DNA of 64,000 nucleotides from an uncultured Roseivirgaceae bacterium (GTDB lineage Bacteria; Bacteroidota; Bacteroidia; Cytophagales; Cyclobacteriaceae): NCBI GenBank assembly GCA_964393115.1, contig CAYMST010000001.1, positions 213 to 64,212 of the forward strand, read 5' to 3'. Shown piece by piece: positions 59,901 to 64,000 of this stretch (position 1 is its first letter; each line of letters starts with the position of its first letter). The notes under the pieces were generated by a model. It saw only the letters and a program-made list of their open reading frames with translations, ran no database searches and was not told where the DNA came from. The position numbers and the translations under genes were made by a program.

Positions 59901-62900
59901 AGCCGAACCTTCATTAAATGTTCCATTATTTGACCAAGCACCTGCTACATATAGTCTTGATGCCGGATCATCCGTCATATCTACTGTACAACCCGAAAAA
60001 TTCGTGAAGTTTCCGGCAACGTTTAATTTACCGGCACCTTGAAAGGTTAAGTCACCAGCATTTCGAATAATCAAGCGCGCTATCGAAAAGCTATCAGAAG
60101 TGGTAATAATAGGGTTGAATGAACTACCTGCTTCTAGATAAACAATATCATCAGCATCTGGAATATTATCTGCATCCACATCACTAGGATCACTCCAGTT
60201 TGCCGCATCACTCCAATTGGTGCTTGATCCTCCTATCCAAGTGAGCCCGGCATCTTCATTCCATAGTACATACCCAGTCGTGGCTCCTCCATCAGGAACA
60301 TCCGACTCATCTTGTGCACCTGCTAGGGTACCACCAGCAATTACAAACTCAAACGTACCGGTTGGTAGATTTGATCCATCAACAGCCACGTTATTAGTTG
60401 GACCAGCATTGAAGACCACATTATTAGCTGATAAAGCTCCGAGGCTAATATTTGCCAACGTCATATACGAGGTGCCGGTACCTGATGTGAATGTTCCATC
60501 ACTGAAGTTATTACCTGTGGTCGATCCATCAATGGTACCGCCTTCTATTCTTATTCCATCACCAGAGGTACTTGATATCGTGTAATATCTAGCTTGGATG
60601 TCTCCCCCAGACTGTGTAAACGTAAAACCACCTGCATCGGCAGCTCCAAAAGTTGCGGGTTCTCCTTCTAAACCAACCACTTCAAGCGTTCCTCCAGTTT
60701 TGTTAAAGTCGGGGTCAGTAGCTAAATCATTGATGATTAGAGAAGACCCTTCATTTACTAAGAGTGTACCGCCCGACATATCAATTCCTCCTCTATTGAT
60801 GGTAAGCGAACGACCATTTAAATCAAGTGTACCAGCAGTCATGGTAAACTCATTATTCGTGTTATCTCTTACCAAAAAGTCTCCCGTTAACTCATAAGTA
60901 GCACCAGTCGCGTCTATCTCAAAATCACGAACCTGATCACCTCCCAAGTCAATAGAATGCGTACCAGAAGAACCGTTCATCACGATTTTATGATTTTCAT
61001 GGTAAAACAGGAAGTCCCCACCTTCGTTGATCAGGTCACCTCCTACATATAAGGTTTGAATATTGGCATTATCGTATAAGCTGAAGTTACCAGAGACCAA
61101 TCTTAAATCATTCAGTACATCAATTCGATCGTTAAGTACTACACCACCACGTTGTACCAAAAAATGTATGCCCGGATCTATGTTGATCGTCAAGTTATAA
61201 AAGTTCTTATCTGCTTGCGTTCCGCCACTCCCATTATCAGTTCTATAGTTTGTCCAACTTCCTACGAAGGTTACGGTACCCTGACGTGGGTTAAAGGCAC
61301 CATAGTTGTTCCAGCTTTCCTCGACTGTTACTGAATAGTTACTTGCCGATACGTCTAATGTAGAGTTGTTGAAAATATTAAGCTCACCGTCGCATGATAT
61401 ATTTCCAGAAAGTAATAATGAAGTTGGGTTTGTTCCGTCTCCGATATCTATATCATGGAAAGTAGATGTGCTAACCGTTACAGTGCCAGTGGTATTTAGG
61501 AAGTTCACAGAATTTTGATGCTGAAAAGTACCGTTATTATTCCAGTTGCTTCCCATAAAATTAACCTGATACCACCGAGCATCAAATGTTGATTCGCTTG
61601 AAATGGTTAAGTCACCTTCAACAGTAAGGGTATTATTTACCAATTCCTTATTGCCACTATTCTCAAACACCAACGTCGGTAGCATCTCGCTGGCATTTAT
61701 CATTCTAAGATTTTGTTCGGTCTCACCATTCATTACGACAACACTATTGGTTGGATCCGCATAGGTAATGATGGCATTGCTATTGATATAAAAGTCTTTT
61801 TTGATTTTCACCGTATCTCCAGACATATCAAGAGTGGAGTTGCCCTCAATAAATAAATGGAAACCAGCTTGAATAGTAGATTGTACATCCAACGTTGATG
61901 AATTAGTGACATACAAACTATTAAACGAAGAAGAAGGGTTTGTAGCAATGGTTTGCGTGGTACCCCCGTTAAAATCCGTGATAGAACCAGTTTGTGTGAA
62001 TGTTCCAGTACCAGTTTCTGACCAGTTTCCAGCTACATCAATGGCTTCGTTTCCTGCATCAACCGTTACTCCATCGCCTATTGTTACATTACCATCAATT
62101 AAAAGTGCTCCTGTAATGGTCTTAGTTCCAGAACCGGCGAACGAAATATTATGAAAATCCGAAGCGCTAATTACTTGATCTGCACCATTAAATGTAATGG
62201 TAGGTGACGCGGTATTGGCAGGACCTGATTCATCATCACCAGTAAATGCCGCTCCCATATTCCAGTCTCCAGCTACTGTATGACTATAACTGAGGTAATT
62301 TTCAGCTCCAAAGAAAAGTGTACCAAAGCGGAATACTGGGTTTCCGCCTACTCTAGAGACGTTTCCTTTTATGTTAAGAGCGCCTCTGACATATTTATTT
62401 CCACTGCCTGAGAATTCGATGGTACCAAAAGTTCCCCCGTTAAAGTTTGGAATTGATTGGTTGCCAGCCAAGTCGAATCGCACTGTACTTAGTGAATCAA
62501 TGGTGACAATATCTGCTGGGTCATCATCATCAAACCCTTCCGCAAATCCGTCATCATCATTAGAACTAGTATAAATGATACAATGTGCTCCGAGAGTAAA
62601 TGTATCTTCTTCACCATTATTACCGAATATTTGATTGTCGTCAATATCCACAATGGTAGTGTTAGAGGCTGACCCATTCGGGTTTTCTATGATAAATGCG
62701 TCTTCTATACTTATGTTGTCATCTATATATATTCTTCTAATGGCAGTGGGACTTTCGGAATTTGTAATTCTCAGCGTTGCCACACTATAATTTCCTGATA
62801 TAGGACCGTCCATTACTTGCTGTCTGTTGGCATCCAAGATCAATACCGTATTACCAGCATCAAAAACAGGACTTCCAGCAGTTGTACCGTCATCCATGTA

Positions 62901-64000
62901 CATATCTTCTTTCACGATCATCGTGGCTGAGTGACCGACTTCAAATTCAACTCCATTTATTTGATCAAATTGACCGCTCAATAAAAGCGTGTCGTTACTA
63001 GTGTGCAAGTTTCGCTTCACTCTAGAAACCCCATCACCTTGAGCTAAGTACAACCTTCCAAAGTTAATGGCCACACCTGCAGAAGATTCACTTCTAATAA
63101 TTTGGTCGTAGTCTCTATCGTAACGCACCAAACTGGTGACAGCCAATGAATAATTTGCAAAACCGGTCGGAAAGTTATCATATCCTCTTACGAACAAAGA
63201 CCTGTTAGCATCTAATGTCAATGTCCTGGATCCCGTTACGATCAGTTTAGAATCCGCTTCTCCCGCCGCGGGGGAAGAAGAAGTACCATTTAAAACTAAG
63301 TATCCATCTTCTATAATGCTTAAATCACCATCGATTGTTAAAGTATCATCTCGTTCAAGGTTACACCAAGAATTGATGATAACGTTCACCTCATTACCTA
63401 AGGTTATGTTTCCATCAGTGTTGGTATTATCACCAAAACGAATATTACTTCTATTAAAGGTAACCGTACTACTGTCGAGTAGGATACCATTTCTATTTTT
63501 AACTTCTAAAGTCGCAATTGTATGACTGTTCGTACTTGTCGAATCCGCAATAGCACCATCATCACTTATCTCGAGAAACCATGGCGCTCTAAAATTTCCA
63601 ATGACTGTTTTGGTACCATTGTCTATTAGCACCCCATAAAATGTAGCTCCATCAGCTATATTCAGAAGCTGTGCTCCCCCAAGAAAATCAGTCACACTCC
63701 AAGCATCTGCCGTAAAGGTTGCGCCGTTTAACAAGCTAAAATCACCATAGAAATCATGATTTACAGCAGTTGAGATATCCGTTCCCGTTGAATCAGCAAT
63801 AAAATCTCCGTTTACGACAAGTGATGCCACCAAAATAATTGATGACCTACCATTTATGGTGAGGTCGTTGAGCGTAAGTGTATTTCCAGATATCACGGAT
63901 GAAGTGGAATTTGATAGGGTAAGACTTGCCACATCAGTGCCAGAATTTAGGTCAAAAGTACTTCCTGCGTGAACGATGTCTCCAGTGACCTCTACTGTGT
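50931..64000 (-). CDS. Giant (>4350 aa) secreted beta-helix-like repeat protein with T9SS type A sorting domain; N-terminus outside the window
   Basis: One uninterrupted minus-strand frame. The track start at 63932 is only a GTG, and the frame stays open to position 64000 (TVEVTGDIVHAGSTFDLNSGTDV precedes it). The protein is built from hundreds of short G/N/T/S/D-rich repeats (e.g. LDLNGxxLTIxG, FxNxGTF). The last roughly 85 aa, FSIYPNPSTERTLSLRGI...GTYTVRISAGNLRKNIRLILK, are a Por secretion tail. That tail is preceded by an LDWTTASELDNDYFEV...YYRLKQVDFDG domain. Confidence 0.9.
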   Translation of the reverse strand, partial: TVEVTGDIVHAGSTFDLNSGTDVASLTLSNSTSSVISGNTLTLNDLTINGRSSIILVASLVVNGDFIADSTGTDISTAVNHDFYGDFSLLNGATFTADAWSVTDFLGGAQLLNIADGATFYGVLIDNGTKTVIGNFRAPWFLEISDDGAIADSTSTNSHTIATLEVKNRNGILLDSSTVTFNRSNIRFGDNTNTDGNITLGNEVNVIINSWCNLERDDTLTIDGDLSIIEDGYLVLNGTSSSPAAGEADSKLIVTGSRTLTLDANRSLFVRGYDNFPTGFANYSLAVTSLVRYDRDYDQIIRSESSAGVAINFGRLYLAQGDGVSRVKRNLHTSNDTLLLSGQFDQINGVEFEVGHSATMIVKEDMYMDDGTTAGSPVFDAGNTVLILDANRQQVMDGPISGNYSVATLRITNSESPTAIRRIYIDDNISIEDAFIIENPNGSASNTTIVDIDDNQIFGNNGEEDTFTLGAHCIIYTSSNDDDGFAEGFDDDDPADIVTIDSLSTVRFDLAGNQSIPNFNGGTFGTIEFSGSGNKYVRGALNIKGNVSRVGGNPVFRFGTLFFGAENYLSYSHTVAGDWNMGAAFTGDDESGPANTASPTITFNGADQVISASDFHNISFAGSGTKTITGALLIDGNVTIGDGVTVDAGNEAIDVAGNWSETGTGTFTQTGSITDFNGGTTQTIATNPSSSFNSLYVTNSSTLDVQSTIQAGFHLFIEGNSTLDMSGDTVKIKKDFYINSNAIITYADPTNSVVVMNGETEQNLRMINASEMLPTLVFENSGNKELVNNTLTVEGDLTISSESTFDARWYQVNFMGSNWNNNGTFQHQNSVNFLNTTGTVTVSTSTFHDIDIGDGTNPTSLLLSGNISCDGELNIFNNSTLDVSASNYSVTVEESWNNYGAFNPRQGTVTFVGSWTNYRTDNGSGGTQADKNFYNLTINIDPGIHFLVQRGGVVLNDRIDVLNDLRLVSGNFSLYDNANIQTLYVGGDLINEGGDFLFYHENHKIVMNGSSGTHSIDLGGDQVRDFEIDATGATYELTGDFLVRDNTNNEFTMTAGTLDLNGRSLTINRGGIDMSGGTLLVNEGSSLIINDLATDPDFNKTGGTLEVVGLEGEPATFGAADAGGFTFTQSGGDIQARYYTISSTSGDGIRIEGGTIDGSTTGNNFSDGTFTSGTGTSYMTLANISLGALSANNVVFNAGPTNNVAVDGSNLPTGTFEFVIAGGTLAGAQDESDVPDGGATTGYVLWNEDAGLTWIGGSSTNWSDAANWSDPSDVDADNIPDADDIVYLEAGSSFNPIITTSDSFSIARLIIRNAGDLTFQGAGKLNVAGNFTNFSGCTVDMTDDPASRLYVAGAWSNNGTFNEGSATVVFNGTDGIHSITTNGNGDPFYNLTVAGGDSVTYTLGSVVTVSNAFELRGGTCDASSGFNFFINKDWLVEGGIFEPGQSLVRFNGTSGSQSISGGTLYSAYFEGAATKSIDGNIAMAADVTFVSGTGNVSGNDRTIFVGRHWDLDQTDAFVPGTGTVIFNGTSTQLIESDNNHDLTFNNIIFQNSATKRIQRSTTVNGNFSVISENAFVDIFTGGVTVNITGTLSQTGGTLRIWDSNFPTAGEYSLTGGIVEYLQDGAMSVQGNITYNDLYLRALNNTDTEATLQGDITVNDDVLVHYGNVTFNVNGHTITLADAFNLDNTDSMAWNGGGIVHTGEFFWVDNDFNTTSRRLGSLSLQGSSTKQFNSNVVMEGNLTVGDGVRMYQSLYTITSDGDDTLTFESNAQLDVRVVGTGFPTGFAHYEMDPTSQVEFRASGDQTIFTNSGNLEYGLIYMYNTGTLTMDGDLTAHGNLVMNNNPTLQDGGNNLTLNGAYIDLRDYIPTAGTRVTFSGSGDQFIIDNDGSGFDFDLEKVTFSGGGTKTIYPNNGDETININDSITIASGVTVLFNYRGVNFSGEVFQNNGTINAPSTTYPFSFTGGNATIDPGTNSIGYLSVNNSTGTTVTVENNGFNIENGAFAIAADAEIDFGSLTHTIASNTFTIDPAGSWILGSGGNNATLTFDRAGTQVLPILDSANANITGVPNITTATSGTKQLSGNILVNDVTIAAATNIDVINGSDYQMTVNGSWICGGDFVQRDGTVIFNSVDTTSETITTNNELFSQVIFQGDSSRRYTMTDDMWILGNTSGNALSLSSATLDLNGNTLTLGNNDANDPDAELNIIGNGGVLEVDAGAILQFSCADDGGDDADTEIGGNLDVQSGGRLRIVGDVTNVASVARYDGGERIDINIESGGEIEAQYYNIQYLTDEGLEVEDGAILDPDNLGNNFSNGAFSQLATDAGNGTGGDDNPVSGNRYLTLEMDDTVTISNVVFGFGGTPTVGSHYNVTRSNAGGNDSTVFRGTSGPLGRNGGLYEDDGDATTPAAYNGQLRWEEPTDTRWTGGTSTDWYTASNWDNGVPSIASNDVEAVIALGSPFNPTITDSTVNISALIIEDGIIKLLDSAVLDIDGDVTLGDGSGGALIMDSTANLLVEGSWTTSTRAIFDNGDGTVTFDANAGSNVTINPGTINFHHLKFSNATNAGDFSLSASTLTVEGDLTIENSAKVIPTLGGYNFYVAGDINGTGGEFDQTVDGEVILNGANQTITAMEFDELTASGSGTKSSQGTISINDYFIIESGVVFTGNGDMNLASDVFIYGTFNGVSGQTYYMSGVSWIADPNSWTGQGTVDFNRVSGTQYIRQHTSGDNPVEFHNLVFTGGARIQLGLINAGQVEDGNVDVTGDVNITNSINQIVTQTYTIDNTSGTGTFTLGAGEAIYINGSNNFPSGFATYDLDPTSLSLYYGTIDQTIRGGVGYGNLILLYDNTKTLGGNIEINGYLQVRGSTLDASTGNYSINLAGNWITNWGNDDGQFIARSGTVTFDGDGQQLLYPGETGTQEFHDVVVNKPSGIVEVGVSNVTIGGDLNVFNGTFDINGHDGYVAGNMNASGTGAFAASGNGTYMLNASSGTPTISGNGTSIAGSIEINAPGRTYELVGDLTLTGNFTVTSGTLDLNGQTLSVGDYQDVVSVSGTLNVSTTAKPGGTLRLGNQVSLSVQAGGAINIVGTPTEVATVTSTGTTQYLFSVAGTPGNEGRIGARYYVIEYLNEDGLFINSNTLISTTNNFSDGIFQNGAFGGKYLRIENTQNLTDGDRIENIIFDDNPGGGATNINKISATTGNIQVFNYSGGFAGPNDEEDPNDLIEWLAPPTVTWTGTVSSDWFTGGNWDSNTVPLITQDVIIPQTLNEPVIDSDADTAFAKNVTLQVNSVLKINSADQDTVDLRIDGDFNFEASASLICQGTEDDIEVGGGWIVLSSAFFTPATSRVVLNSTDGIENLDNISSFYDLIIDVAGTVSLASDLSVTNSFSIDSGTLDLSSYDMTLGGTFTNAGTLNAKTQTISLIPSSTTTPISFDPGSSSLYNLVIGQALGNDVEYDLGNNLVISHDFSLIKGELDLNGYNLTIGNDDGTQDAVRIYDTLWVGANETVSLDDDVDFSVEGGGDFRLTGADQANTALLTNVTGRYDFTVKSGGRFLANHFKVEFIDNEGLWLQAGSVLEGLDNGIFDQGSGASYYLRSSNAFASDITATNLTFNSGPTNSVRRNEGAGNNLIFLDAQGAASGEALELDDGSASTGEIRWTYTNPLTVWTGASDSLWNNAANWDNGIPSSVNTVRIPNVSPNPMPVINSSTGSGNTASLTILSGGVLTIYDDETLTVVDELTNDGTIIIISGGTVSVGNSWTNNGTFDPGTSTTTLSSDANVTISGGGNFYNLIIDGAGTGAGVRFTSSSALVVENDFTILDGVYEVLNPSHTTTVGGDLVVDDTNGSFIDNLSTVTFNGASQNIGSASENTNITLNNVTLSGTGTKTLLDSLGVQGDLSIGAGVTFALGDKHLEFSGNNFDVDGTIDVSGGTSTVVFNGTAIQVITGNVSEFSLDNLVISNTAAGNSDIQLGTDININNNVNFLVGLVRASSSNPLTFNDGATVSFDGAEETSPMTFPGTDVDGNSYVVGPVHKIGDDDFIFPIGDGARIARLGISNIQGSPSNTDEYSSEFFHTPHPNRGQPKGGGMTHVSAIEYWDLSNVNGHGGHPYVTLFWDATSFAPNPAVMSVAHYTGGTWQDEGNGSYTGNQTAGSVTSSTPWTSFSPAAHGSSDGGLPVELSSFTGYADGNNVMLDWTTASELDNDYFEVHYSVNGVDFERIGTVTGQGTTSFETDYSFEHRNPLIGANYYRLKQVDFDGKFEYSDIIMIRMRKDNGSDSEFSIYPNPSTERTLSLRGINLDAAERVNVEVFDLFGRMVLSSTHISDAQGEMNESLSFGNELASGTYTVRISAGNLRKNIRLILK

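Noticed and set aside
51264-63525. About 25 plus-strand ORFs of 60-169 aa antisense to the giant gene (e.g. 52147-52533, 56260-56769, 60217-60585).
   Set aside because: All are fully embedded in the single 13-kb minus-strand frame. Its repetitive G/N/T/S/D codon usage rarely produces stop codons on the opposite strand. Their translations are low-complexity Pro/Ser/Val strings with no start-site context. The same reasoning applies to the embedded ORFs inside 9240-14057, ppc, tilS and other genes.
1-64000. A search by eye for rRNA, tRNA, tmRNA, riboswitch-like leaders, transposases, integrases and prophage blocks.
   Set aside because: None was recognised. A covariance-model scan (Infernal/tRNAscan) would be needed to exclude small structured RNAs in the long spacers at 33.3-33.8, 37.6-38.2, 38.7-39.1, 42.2-42.6 and 50.4-50.9 kb.

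Overview
Chromosomal segment from a Bacteroidota genome. Supporting signals are T9SS type A and type B C-terminal sorting domains, a PorP/SprF-like gene, Gln at +1 after almost every predicted signal peptide, and the conserved block bamD-rpoZ-coaBC-DUF4835. I found no rRNA, tRNA, CRISPR array, transposase or integrase.

Layout:
- 1-2.0 kb (minus strand): a TetR regulator and an SDR gene, each preceded by a related palindrome, then a hypothetical membrane protein.
- 2.1-14.1 kb (minus strand): a surface-protein island. It holds an LRR protein with a T9SS tail, a tail-fibre-like protein with perfect 189-bp tandem repeats, and a 1605-aa RCC1+cadherin protein with a type B sorting domain followed by PorP/SprF-like and PD40/OmpA-like genes.
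- 14.3-26.1 kb: housekeeping genes (hybrid histidine kinase, ppc, a cNMP-binding protein, tilS, an OstA-like protein, bamD, rpoZ, coaBC, DUF4835).
- 26.2-50.4 kb: about 24 kb of plus-strand-only genes, visibly more A+T-rich. Most are ORFans. Recognisable genes are glutaminyl cyclase, a methyltransferase with a nonsense mutation, GT2 plus a plant-type GDP-mannose 3,5-epimerase, an FAD oxidase, msrB, a TPM protein, DUF2200, an M1 aminopeptidase, a nucleoside phosphorylase and sanA.
- 49.06-50.4 kb: the run ends in a compact cassette of a 3-TM protein, a hydrophobic mini-ORF and a TIR-winged-helix fusion. This is my best candidate for an undescribed, immune-like system.
- 50.9-64.0 kb (minus strand): one giant (>4350 aa, 5' end outside the window) beta-helix-like T9SS cargo gene with four copies of a conserved junction module.

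All calls rest on reading the supplied translations and the DNA by eye. No database search was run.
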